Part shown: one piece after another, positions 1 through 11,820 of the stretch
Position numbering within the stretch: position 1 is the first letter of the stretch
Layout: every line of letters begins with the position of its first letter
Origin: Callorhinchus milii
Lineage: Eukaryota
Length of the DNA: 64,000 bases
Direction: 5' to 3'
Assembly: GCF_018977255.1 (NCBI RefSeq)
Contig: NW_024704743.1
Coordinates: forward strand, 55,120,001 to 55,184,000
The notes under the pieces: model-generated
What the model saw: only the letters and a program-made list of their open reading frames with translations
Told to the model about the DNA's origin: nothing
Databases searched by the model: none
Position numbers and translations under genes: made by a program

Positions 1-244
1 TTGTGATGCAAAAGTAACCCAGTTATCAGCTGACCATCTACCTTGCAGAGATATCTATATCGTTTTCAGAATGAAATGAAGAGTGTTTAAAAGGCATGGA
101 AACCTATGATCCCCTGCAGAATAGTGTCTTTAAAAATACTTATTCTTGCCATTTTAAATTCTAAGCGTGTATATAAGCTATTGTTAAACTTTTACCACTT
201 TAGACTCAAGCTCGTGAGTATCTAGTAATAAATGGACTATCCTC

Positions 245-1062
245 CTTGGGAGGGAAGTAAGCAGAGTCTTCTGAATTGGCTCCAAGGTGACATGCTTGGC
301 AATGGAATGCCAGAATCAAGCTTATGTGGTGTTATTCCAGGGCACTGCTGTCTGTACTACAGGACACTGCTGTCTGTACTCCAGGGCCCTGCTGTCTGTA
401 CTCCAGGGCACTGCTGTCTGTACTCCAGGGCCCTGCTGTCTGTACTCCAGGGCCCTGCTGTCTGTACTCCAGGGCCCTGCTGTCTGTACTCCAGGGCCCT
501 GCTGTCTGTACTCCAGGGCCCTGCTGTCTGTACTCCAGGGCCCTGCTGTCTGTACTCCAGGGCCCTGCTGTCTGTACTCCAGGGCCCTGCTGTCTGTACT
601 CCAGGGCCCTGCTGTCTGTACTCCAGGGCACTGCTGATGACAGACCAGTCAGAATGTCCAATTAGCAGGACATGGAAAAGCAGCCACTAAGAGCAGGACT
701 TCTGACCACTCAACTCCCATGAACATAGCACGCAAAAGCACTGACGGTGGTCCTGTCTGGACAAGCAGCAGGATACTTGCCAAACTGTACTTGCAGGGCA
801 AATGATACAGTTTTAGCTAGTTAAAGTCCAGGAGTACCCCAATGCCTACTCTGCAATCTCCAAACATTGCCGCTTGCCACCTGCCCCCAATACTCTCTGA
901 GATTAGGTAAGCAGGTGCATCCCTCCGGGGAGAGACTACTCATTCCATTCTAGAAACGGAAATTTCCACGTGTGGATAGCATTACTTAGAACTCTGTTTC
1001 GTTTGGATACTCTTAAGCATAGTGATGGATTTCTGCACGTGTCAGACATCCGGCTGATCAAA
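245..1062 (+). repeat. Family B repeat copy, interrupted by the 22-bp minisatellite
   Basis: Same ordered blocks as 14140-14684 and 37165-37766. Confidence 0.8.
335..635. repeat. 22-bp minisatellite (TGTCTGTACTCCAGGGCCCTGC)n, about 13 copies
   Basis: Directly visible. It produces the 22-aa periodic ORFs in four frames. Confidence 0.97.
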
Positions 1063-1069
1063 TGCTTTC

Positions 1070-1447
1070 CTCCTAGAATAGAGAAGGTTGAAAGTAGACT
1101 TTTTTTTCAAATTATTGGAACGAAAACTTGTAGAATGTACTTCCACCTGTGGGTGAGTCAGTAACTGGAGGGCACAAATTTCAAGGTAATTATCAAAAGA
1201 ACAATGGGAGAGGTAAGGAGTTATTTTTCAACACAAGACTGTTAGGACTTGGAACGCCCCACCTGGAACTGCAGTTGAAAAAGAATCTATATTGGGTTTT
1301 AAGGGAGAATTTGGCAGTGAGAAATAGAAAAGGGTATGGGGGAAAAAAAATCAGGAAAATGGGTATAATGGATAGCTCTTTCAGAAAGCCAGCACAGTAA
1401 CAATGGGCTGAATGGCCTCCTTTTGAGCTATATCTATGATTCTATGT
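1070..1447 (+). mobile_element. CR1 LINE 3' end (degenerate)
   Basis: AACTGGAGGGCACAAATTTCAAGGTAAT, and a terminus ATGGGCTGAATGGCCTCCTTTTGAGCT...CTATGATTCTATG. Confidence 0.75.
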
Positions 1448-4029
1448 TTTTGGATGTGTCCCAATAGATAGAATTTTGAAGACTTTACCAAATGATAAGA
1501 GGTAGGAAAGTAATTGGCACAGTTAAGTGTTTTCATCAATTTGATGACTGAAAGTTAACTCAAAGTCAAAAAAATACATGGACTCAAGCCTGCGGCAAAT
1601 GTTACATTTAGACTGCAGATTACTTTAGAGCTAACTGTATATAAACTGTTTCTGAAGAAGCCTAAGGCTGCAAGTACAAGGTTTCTGTTCTGTTTCCATT
1701 AGCCACATAACTTGGAATGCAAGAGCACCAGTGACAAAATTGAAAGTACCCTGGACCTTGTCTTTGTATGTAGTCTGTGCTTGTCCTTCTTCTGGCTGCA
1801 TGCCAACTGCAGACAATGTTATTTGAGGAAATAGCACAAGCCAGCAATGCAAAAAAAAAAGTTGCTGACCAAAATGTATCTCGGGCCAAAACAACATGGC
1901 CACTAGCACATCCAGCAGTAAGGGGAGCAGTGTTTGCCTTGTTATCCAGGGTGCTGAGATGCCGTCAGAGACACCAAGAAGATCCACCTTGCAACAGCGT
2001 GGCAAACAACTGTGTCACCAATTACGTAACATAAAAAGACATCAAATATAAAGTTCAGAACCTCTCCTTTTTTTTGTGTGGGCAATTCTAATGAAACTTC
2101 TGTACTGTATTTAACAAAAATGAAAAATAAACACTTATTAAAATGAACGATTGTTGCAGAAATGGTTGATTTTATCACACACAGACTTTAGAATTTAACC
2201 ATAAGTGCACTGTTTAATGATATAAGGCACAGCATTGAAATGATGCACATATTCTCATTATACAAGCCAATCACAGGTTGCTGTTTGTATATAGTGAGTC
2301 TCACAAATCCCAGTTTCAGGTAAGCAGCTCATTTATTAGAGCCCTGTTATAACATGGTAGATGGGAGTCCATAACATCCCAACCATCACCATAATGGGTC
2401 ACGATCACTGATCAGAGATTCTGTATTCAATGCACATGTGCGCGGAAAGACCGAAAGACTAATGGCTCCATTAGTGCTTAAAATGGTCAGCTGAAGTGTG
2501 GGAAGTCACATTGGCAGTCTTCCAGGTCAACAGGTTCCCGCCAAGCTTGCACCACACAGGAAGTGATGTACAAGGCGACCTGATAACCTGGAAATCTACC
2601 ATATTGGGCTTTCAACATTCCGGCTGGATTTTTGAAGCTCTGATGGAGCCAATGCAAGCATTTTGGATTTTATGGGTAAGTAAATATTGGGATCCACAAC
2701 TAAACCGCTATAAGAAAAACACAGATTTTAAGGGAGTACACATTCACAAGAAGGTCCTTAGAACCATAGAAATTTACAGCACAGAAGAAGGCCATTCGGA
2801 CCATTGCGTCCCAAGCAATCCTTTCAGTCCCAGTCCCCATATTCCTACAGCTGACTCTTCTTAAGGTATCCATCTGATCAATGTTGATCAATGACCAGCT
2901 TGTTTTTGTCCATTTTATAATGTAAGCCATAAAAATTGGAACCAAGATTCAAGATTGCATCTTTAAGTTCAAATAGCCACTTTCTGCAATTTTACAGAAA
3001 CAGTAAATGCATTCCTAGATATTTGAGCTGTGCTAAATATTCAAAATGACATCTACAAGGATTATTCTCAGCTTGCAGTGTGTGGCAGGGAGCATGCACG
3101 CATCATTCACCACTTGTCAGCGAGTCGTACACACTTGGGGAAAGATAATTATTGCTACAGGCAAGGAACATCCTCCCTGGATTCTACTGTTCATGAAAAC
3201 TACACAATAGAATTAATATTAAACCTCCTCCTCGCACCATATGTAAGCAAATGTAGTGTGCATTGAACAGCTGAAAAGAGATGGAATTAGAGCTTCTATT
3301 AGTTTGTAGAGATAGAAATAATCAAATCTGTTTATGGTACATAATGGCACCTCCGTTGTTGGGGCTCAGGTGCCATTATGTCATGCAAATGTCATGCCAT
3401 GAAAAAAAGTTTGTCCAAGATAAACAATTTAAGGTTGCATAGATAGTTTGCAGTCTTACTCAGATCCTTTGGGAATCATGGGGAGAAAAGCTCCCACAGG
3501 AGGTTGAATAAATTGGATAGCATACAGGTAGGACGACTTATACACAGTCTGTGGAGGTGACTCTAGTGGCAACTCAACAACCTGGAAGGAGGCCAATTTT
3601 TCTGCACTTGTTTACAACGTGGGGCCTGACATATTGGACTACATTCATTATAATGGGCTTGCACCATATTATTATTTGAAGTTGTACAAAGATCTGAAGT
3701 TTGTCAGTCACCTATGTTGCTCACACTGAAAGGGCTAAACTGGCAGCAAGCAAGTAGTGGTGCAGCACGCAAATATCAACCCACAGAGGAGACTGTGGGT
3801 ATATAACCATAATATTTTGATGTTCATAAATCAATGATCTGTCACATATTGCAAAGAGCCAAGTAAGTGTTGCTCCCCCCACCCCCCCTCCCCTGAGAAA
3901 CAAAAGTTCCACGAATGATAAGAATATTACAAGCATAATTATTGATTGCCAACATTAATAAACAAAATATCTGTACAATAGCTTAGTGTACAAAGTAATC
4001 ATAAATCATAAAGGCAAATAGAGTAATCA

Positions 4030-4682
4030 AAAAGGTGAATGGAATGTTGGCCCTTATCTCAAGGAGACTGGAATACAAAGGGAAAGAAATGATGCTTCAG
4101 CTGCATTCAGGAGTACTGCATTCAATACTGGAATACTGCATTCAGTTTTGGACACCACACCTCAGGAAAGATATATTGGCCATGGAGGGGGTGCAGGTTC
4201 ACCAGAATGTTACCAGGCCTAAAAGGGTTAAGTTACGAGGAAAGGCTGCATAAATTTGGGATTGTATTCCCTTGAGTTTAGAAGATTGAGGGGTGATTTG
4301 ATTGAGGTATTGAAGATGATAAAGTGATTCAATAGGGTAGATACAGAGAAGCTATTTCCTCTGGTGGGGGAATTTAAAACAAGGGGACATAGTCTTAAAG
4401 AACCAGGTCAATTAAGAGTGAAATCAGGAAGCATTTTTTCACTCAAAGGGTGGTAGAAATCTGGAATTCTCTCCCCCAAAAGGCTGCGGATGCTGGATCA
4501 TCCACACCTTCAAGAGTAAAGTTGATAGACTGTTGGTAGGTCAGGGTATCAGGGATATGGGGAGAAAGCGAGAAATTGGAATTGAAAGGATTAGTTGAGG
4601 TACGGATCACCCATGATCTAATTAAATGGTGGAACAGGGTCGAAAGCCTGAATAGCCTCCTCCTGTTCCTATCTGTTCCTAT
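4030..4682 (+). mobile_element. CR1 LINE 3' fragment
   Basis: LEYCIQFWTPHLRKDI..MEGVQ, GAAGATTGAGGGGTGATTTGATTGAGG and a CR1 3' end GCCTGAATAGCCTCCTCCTGTTCCT. Confidence 0.9.
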
Positions 4683-5984
4683 GCTTATCATATTCTGACT
4701 CCTTCCCCCCACCCCACCCCCATATAAAGTTAATTGTTAACCACTGCTGCATTTCTATGCCCTTTAATTGCATTCTATTGTGCACAGAACCAGATAACAT
4801 TCAGCAGATAATTTAGAAATGTCATACTGTACTAATTTGAAAGAACACAGATACTAGATCATTTCATGCAAAAAAAACTTTGCTTTCGAAAAGACGTCTG
4901 ATTACAAAGAAGAAAAGATCAGTGTCTGCCCTGGAAATCTGTCACTAGAGTCAATCTTACGTTGAATTCAGTCTTCAGCTTGACCATGTGACAGTTAGGT
5001 CGCAAAACTGATTTGGAAAACGACCCGATCAGGAATTTTGCAACACACACCTGGGACACTGCATTATTTCTACATACTTCTGTTAATAATCCATGGTCTA
5101 AAAAGTAGTTTCAGTAAGTGAAATTAAATTAGTTTCATTATTACAGTCTGTTATCTGAAAGTCAACACCCAGCAGTGAGTCATGTCTAACTGAACGCAAT
5201 AACAAAGGCTGAACCCATTATCAAGGACGTTGGCCATAAAGTACTTTGTAAATGAGGTAGAAATATTCACAGGTAATTGGACAGTAATCCAGGAATATAA
5301 TGCATATAGCTCGAAATTGTCAGAAAGTCTCAACAACTGCTCATTTGCAAACCATGTATTTTTAATAAAACAAAGGAAACAACCACAACTATTTTAATAG
5401 TTCAGTATTCACATTCTACTAATTGTTCAGTACAGTACTTTCTATACTTTAATATCTATACAAGTTTTTAAAAAAAGCTGATCATGCATTAGCTATTCCT
5501 CAAAAGACCAAACAATTTGCATTTATGTAATGCCTTGCACTTACAATGAACCTGTCAAAGCCTTTGACTGAGGCAATCGCGAATATCAAAGCAGGGAGAA
5601 TTTAAGGTGCTGCCCAAATGTATGGTCACATGGATAGTAATTTGAAGGCAAGAAGAAGAAAGGCAAATAGATTATGGGAGGAAACAGTTACATTGATTAT
5701 AAGGGAAGGAGGGACCACAATTCAGTGGTAAATACTGAAAAATGCAAATCTGCAGATATCAGTTAAAACAAACAAATTAGACCATCTTCAGCATCAATGT
5801 TCACATGAAGAATGGTCACTTGGACAAAGTCTCACATATCTCTTCTCCAATCTCTAAAACCATCTTCCAAATCTTGGAACCCAGCCTTATTGAACTGTTC
5901 AAATGCAGAGCTAACAATCACTTGTTGAAGCAGGTATAACATTACAAGAAGTCTTTATTGGAGTCCCATTTGGAGTCTGTATTA

Positions 5985-6460
5985 GAGTCTGTGACCCCAT
6001 CACCCCCACCCTCATCCGGCTCCACTGGCTCCCCATCCCTCAGAGGATCGAGTTCAAAACCCTCGTCCTGACCTTCAAGGCCCTCCATGGCCTTGTCCCC
6101 TCCTGCCTCTCCAACCTGCTAACCCCTTATCAACCTGTCCACTCCCTCTGCTCAGCAGGCTCCAGCTTGCTCCATGTTCTCCACCCGGCCCGGCCACCAT
6201 TGGTAGTCTGGCCTCCACCCTCTGGAACTCCATCTCACATTCCCTCCGCCTCGCTCCCTCCCTTGCGTCCTTCAAGGCACGTCTCAAGACCCTCCTCGTC
6301 GACCATGCCTTCAGCCATCCTTATTATTATTATTATCCTCCTACCTTCTCTGCTCTCCCTTATCCCCCCACGCCCCGGGTCCTAATCCCTAAATGTTCAG
6401 CACCTCAGGACGTCCTCCCGACATGAAAAGCACTTTACAAATGTAATTTTGCTTTGTATT
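5985..6460 (+). mobile_element. L2 LINE 3' fragment
   Basis: Contains CTCCACTGGCTCCCCATCCCTCAGAGGATCGAGTTCAA and an L2 tail; homologous to 11330-11810. Confidence 0.88.
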
Positions 6461-6484
6461 GTATTTGAATTCAATAGAACATAT

Positions 6485-6763
6485 AACTTGTATGGATATT
6501 AAAGTATAGATTGTACAAGGATTCTGTTGCATTGTAAGTGGCGTAGTGATAGGTTGCTTTCAGACACATGTCTTGTTAGACTGATTTGATGATGATTGTA
6601 GGAACATAGAAAGAGTTGACAAACAGAATTCTCCAACTCCTTCTGTATTCCGACAATCATTAAATCAGTCTGACATACACATCTCTGAAAACAATCTGTC
6701 ACAACTCCACTTACTATGCAACAGAATTCTTGTACAATTTATACTTGAATATCCATACAAGTT
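6485..6763. repeat. Long imperfect palindrome (~130-bp arms, short spacer)
   Basis: AACTTGTATGGATATTAAAGTATAGATTGTACAAG... is the reverse complement of ...CTTGTACAATTTATACTTGAATATCCATACAAGTT, and the pairing continues along the whole arm. Confidence 0.9.
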
Positions 6764-7380
6764 TTAAAATAAGATGATCATGGATTAACTACTCCTCAAA
6801 AGACCAAAGAAGCATTGCTGTACCGGGTTTAAGAATATACTGAAAATAAGCTTTTGGGGTGGAGAGTAGGGAAAGAAAAGAAACATCTTCAGGGCAAACA
6901 GGCCAGACAACAAAATATTTGCTCAGTTAAGTTCAGTCCATCCACTGGTGAAACTATTCAACATTTCGGTCAATTGTGCAGCGTTATAAATAATCACAAC
7001 AAAAGTACAAAATATTTTTCTTCCACATTCACTGTGCCCTGGGATAGGACATGCTAATGGATTGAAACAGTTACACCGAATCTATAGGCATATGGAAGAT
7101 ATTTGTGCCCAAATATAAGATGTGCATTTTTATTTTTTACATTGAACTACAAAAAATCTACAGATGTTGCTTCAACCCTCAATTTATTTTAATTGCATTT
7201 TACCCGGATCTTCTTAAATCTCACAAGGGAAAAGCACTCCCCTCTCTCCCCTGATGTATGCTGTACTTCAGTTCCCCTTCAAAGTTAAATATACAGCACT
7301 GTAAAGGCACCATGTTAAAATAAGTGGCAAAACGAGAAAAAGGAAACCATTTATTTTCAGTGTGGATGCTGCTTTTTTTC

Positions 7381-7742
7381 AGGGGGCTAGTGGAAGGCAC
7401 TTGCCTTGCAAGCGACAAGATCTGGGTTCGATTCCCGGCAGGGCGAAACGTTCGGCAAGTTTCCTTACTCCACATGTTTCAGTTTACCTAGCAGTAAGTA
7501 GGAACCCGGTTGTTAGTTGATTGGCAGATTGCTTTTCCGGGGGTAATAATCCCTTCAAAAAAAAATAACAATTTGGTCACTCAATCCATGACTGTTTGTG
7601 GGACACTGCTGTGCACAATTGGCCGCCACGTTTCGCCCACAAAATATACAATCAATTTACTTTAGACCATATTCTGTGAAGCGCTTGAGACGTCCTGAAG
7701 ACAAGATAAGGCGCTATATCAAATGCAAGGATTATTATTATA
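7381..7742 (+). mobile_element. tRNA-derived SINE, long variant
   Basis: B box GGTTCGATTCC, an extra internal GTTTACCTAGCAGTAAGTAGGAACCCGGTTGTTAGTTGA segment, and the same tail. Confidence 0.9.
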
Positions 7743-9424
7743 ACATCTTTTCTATATAGTGTGCTGATCTTTACTGATCTAAACATTCTTGTTCATATTT
7801 CAGAGAAATGCTTCATCTTTAAAGTTGCACATTCACATATGCTACCATTAGTTTGGCTGAGCCATAAAATAGAACATTTAATCTTCTTATTATAATATGA
7901 AAGCAATTTATTGTTGGACACTTTTCTCCATGTTGCTGGATAATATTCAAAAANTAACCATACTATGTACTGGAGTAAATTTGATCTAAAGATGTGCATT
8001 CTTATGCAACTGTACATATAACATGAGGGAAGCTAGGAAGAAAACAATACCAAATACCAGGAGGATCATACATTTTTTGGGGGGGAGAGGAATAAGAGAA
8101 CAATAATTCAATATGCAATTCAGAACGAAGATACTAGAAAATATGAAGGTAGGCCAAATAGCGCCGGTTAAAACAACAACTCGCATTTATATAGCCCCCT
8201 TAACGCAGGGTAGCGTGGCGGTGCACAACTCCGAGCTGGGTGGAGGGGGAGGTGACATTCATAGATTGTAAATAATCCCTGCAATTGATATAGCACCCTT
8301 CACGTCAGTAAACAATTTACTGTAAATTGTAGTGGCAAATGCAGCAGCCAATTCATCAGAGCAATGCCCCACAATCGCTATGAAGTATTTGACCAATCTC
8401 TTTTTATTTGGGGGATTGTTGGCCAGGACACCGCGACAAACTCACTTCTCTTTTCGAATAATGTCTTTGGATCTTTAACATCAAACTGAACTCGGAAATG
8501 AGAATGCTAGCAATGAAGAAGCCAGGTCTGTTTGAAAACATGTTTAGAGTAACAAACCAAAAGACTTGTTCAGTTTCTCCCTTCGGCTTTGATTTCTAAT
8601 ATTTAACAATTGAGGGCTTACAAATAATGGAAACAAATCACCATTGCACCTGGGAAAAATCTTTCCACCGATGTTGAATAAATTCTGTCAAGTGTTAAAC
8701 TCCGACCTTGAATTTGTAACCACAGTATGATAAAGCGCTGCTTGACAAGTGCCATCACTCAAAACAATCAGGCTATTCGCATTTTAAACTTTGAAACAAA
8801 GTGCTTCAATCTTTTCAAGCACAACTTCACACAAGACATCATTCATTTCGAATTAATCTCGTGTTTCTGAACAATTGAAGACTTATAGTGTGCAAACTGT
8901 CCACATTTGTCATTGAGGTTTTTTTTAATGCTCAACTGGTGCTCAATCCTTCAAGCGTAGGAGAAGAAACAGGAAATCAGTTAAAAAAAAGAAATCTTGT
9001 ATGGCTGAACCGAATGACAGATTTCTTATGAACCCTTACGAACTTGCAACAATCAGACTGAGCGAATATGTGACAACTTTTATTTAAAGTGAATTTTTAA
9101 ACGTTACTTGCTTAGGATCAATATTACAAAAATAAAGCCATTCATATCCGAGTACAATTACTTCCATGGTATTTAAACAGGCTAACTTCATTTTATCTCT
9201 TTCTTGTGCTGCTCTTATTGTGATGTGAAGTTCTGTGTCAGATTGGATTGTGTTTCGTGTCGTGAAGCCAGCTCTGCAAAGGTACAGAACTGCTCTGGGA
9301 CCAAAGGTAATGTAAGTTTCTTCTGATCAGGTTGCTACATATACTTTGTTGGAAACTGATAGTAACAAGATTTTGTGATTCCAAGAACAATGAAGACGAT
9401 CCCCTTTCATTCTGTTCCAAAGGG

Positions 9425-9633
9425 GGGGAGGGAGAACCTGCGCCTAATATTTTCCGGAATTAGGGAAGCGGGATGCATCCATCCAGGGAGAGAGAGCACA
9501 TTCTATTCCAAATATCTATCTCTGGAATTTTCATGTGTAAGCGGGATGCATAGAATTCTCCGGTTGGTTTGGATATTCTTAAGCATGGCGATGGGTTTCA
9601 ACATGTGTCAGACACCTGGCTGACCAAAAAAAA
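9425..9633 (+). repeat. Family B repeat, 5'-truncated copy
   Basis: CTGCGCCTAATATTTTCCGGAATTAGG...CAGACACCTGGCTGACC(A)9. Confidence 0.8.
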
Positions 9634-10934
9634 ATCCTCATGCCATTGGCACATCCCCACAATAACACTAGTTTACCATATCGTCTGGTCTGGCATCCAG
9701 AAATCTTTCAAGCAGTCTCAAGAAATCTGGATGTTTAGCTGGTTGGATTCCAGTAGTACCCCCAAGGCATACTCTGGGAAGGCAGGATTCCCAAACTGCA
9801 AGGCACTGTATTAAATGTGACTTCTGTGAATTGTGGATTTGGCAAACAAATTTGCTTTAAAATTGTGACCCAAAAAATTGCATTGCCAAACCCCAGCCAA
9901 GCTCACAATACAATTTACATTTATATAGCACCTTTGGTAAGAAGTCTCAAAGCACTTTACACTGTGGACCAGAAACGGGGAGGGCTGAAGTCAGCAGGGA
10001 GGATAGAGAGGAGAGAAAGATGACTGAGGCACCGTTAAAGAGGTAAAGGCTTGAGGCGGGTTTTGTAACTTTATCCTCACATTTCTAGCATGCACCATTT
10101 GGAGATAAAGGCACTCTCATTTGTCTAGTCAATACACATTTTTTTAAAAGAATGTCTCATTACTAAACAGATTCACCACTAAAAAAGATTTGTCTTTGGT
10201 TGAAACCACCAATCTTAACGGCTTGTAAATCCTGGTCTGGTTCTTGATGCTGCTGTTTATCTTAGACCCTTGAATAAACACTTCATATAACCTTAACATT
10301 CTGTGCTAGCGAAGCATTAAGATAGTATCTCAGCCTCGTCGAGCTACAGCTCGCATGCAATCCCAAAACGTGGCCCAAATGTGTTTCCCAAGCACTCACT
10401 GGCTTATATCAATTTTTGACAAAATACTCAGAATTCAGCCAAACAGGTTAAAGTTTGTAGTTTGAGCCAACAACTATCAAACTCTTTCATAACCCCTTTA
10501 GTAGAGTGAAGAGTTCAACAAGTCTGTTCTAGATTACTCACGCAACCGAGTCCCTCCTCCTGGGAGTTTGATAATTGATGCCAACCCCCAAAGCACATTA
10601 TTGTTTGTAACTCATTGTGCGCACTTTAATCTTGACAAGGAGTTTAAATTCTCAGATTATTCCCAGAATGACTGAGTCGTATGCAAATTTATCTTTGTTA
10701 CTTAAATTACCATTAATGTTTGTTGTTGTTATTCTTTTTATAGCAGTATTTTTTTTAAAAACAACATACCACATAAATCTAATAAATTTGGTCTTGGTTA
10801 TCAGATTGCTTTTAACCCCAGGCCACTAAATAAACGAGTACTGTTAGCAAAACCAGCGTTATGCATAGGGATGTGATTCAGATTACCTTAGACTTTGACC
10901 ATTTAAACCAGGGGTTCCAATTGTAATTGGTTGA

Positions 10935-11820
10935 GGTTCAGCTTTCTTCAGCTCAACGTGCGCAAAACTGAGGCCTTCCTGATTGGCTCGCGTCAGCGCC
11001 TCCGCACCTCAGGCGCTGACAGCATCAGCATCCAAGGCTGCACTCTCCACCTCTCAAAGCCGGTCAGGAACCTGTTCGACCCTGAGCTGTCCTTTCTTCC
11101 TCATATCCGCGCCACAACTGGCACCGCCTTCCATCACCCCCTTAACATCGCCAGACTACGGCACTACCTCACCCCTCACGCTGCTGAAACTCTGGTCCAC
11201 GCCTTTATCACCTCAAGGCTGGACTATGAGAACTCTCTCCTCGCCGGCCTTCCCGCCACCTCCCTCCACAAGCTGCAGGTCATTCAGAACTCTGCAGCTC
11301 GTGTACTGTCCCGCACCAGGCTTCGGGACCACATCACTCCCACCTTCACTCGCCTCCACTGGCTCCCCATCCCCCAGAGGATCGAATTCAAGATCCTCAT
11401 CCTCACCTACAAGGCCATTCACGGCCTTGCTCCCTCCTACCTCTCTGACCTACTATCCTCCTACCTACCTGCCCGTACCCTCCGTTCCTCTGGCTCCGGT
11501 CTGCTCCACATGCCCCGCCCCAACCGCCCTACCATCGGTGGCCGGGGCTTCAGCCTCTCAGCCCCAAGGCTCTGGAACTCTATCCCCCAGTGCCTTCGCC
11601 GCCTCCTCCCTTTCCTCCTTCAAGGCCGGTCTCAAAACCTTTCTCTTTGACCGAGCCTTCAGCTCCCCTCTCGACTCTCTACCCCCTCCTCGCTCCCTCC
11701 CTTCCCTCTCCTCACCCTGACTATTTCCCCCCTGCTCGGGTCCTGATCCAACTGTCCAGCGCCTTGGGATGTCCTCCCGACGTGAAAAGCGCTCTATAAA
11801 TGGAATCCTGTTGTTGTTGT
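10935..11820 (+). mobile_element. L2-clade LINE 3' fragment (ORF2 C-terminus, 3'UTR and tail)
   Basis: FLQLNVRKTE...SRLDYENSLLAGLP...LQVIQNSAAR...LHWLPIPQRIEFKIL...APSYLSDLL is typical of the L2 ORF2 end. The tail reads GCGCCTTGGGATGTCCTCCCGACGTGAAAAGCGCTCTATAAATG...(TGT)n. Confidence 0.93.

Noticed and set aside
232..690. Cys-rich periodic ORFs, or a CRISPR-like array
   Set aside because: A 22-bp head-to-tail tandem repeat with no unique spacers, in eukaryotic context.
10538..10545. Xenobiotic response elements (CACGCAA) here and at about 729, 3766, 28200 and 43708, suggesting AHR autoregulation
   Set aside because: Scattered rather than clustered, some lie inside repeats, and the count is compatible with chance in 64 kb.
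10931..11650. 239-aa ORF as a host gene or active transposon
   Set aside because: A 5'-truncated L2 ORF2 tail that lacks the RT core and has an internal deletion and a 3' frameshift.
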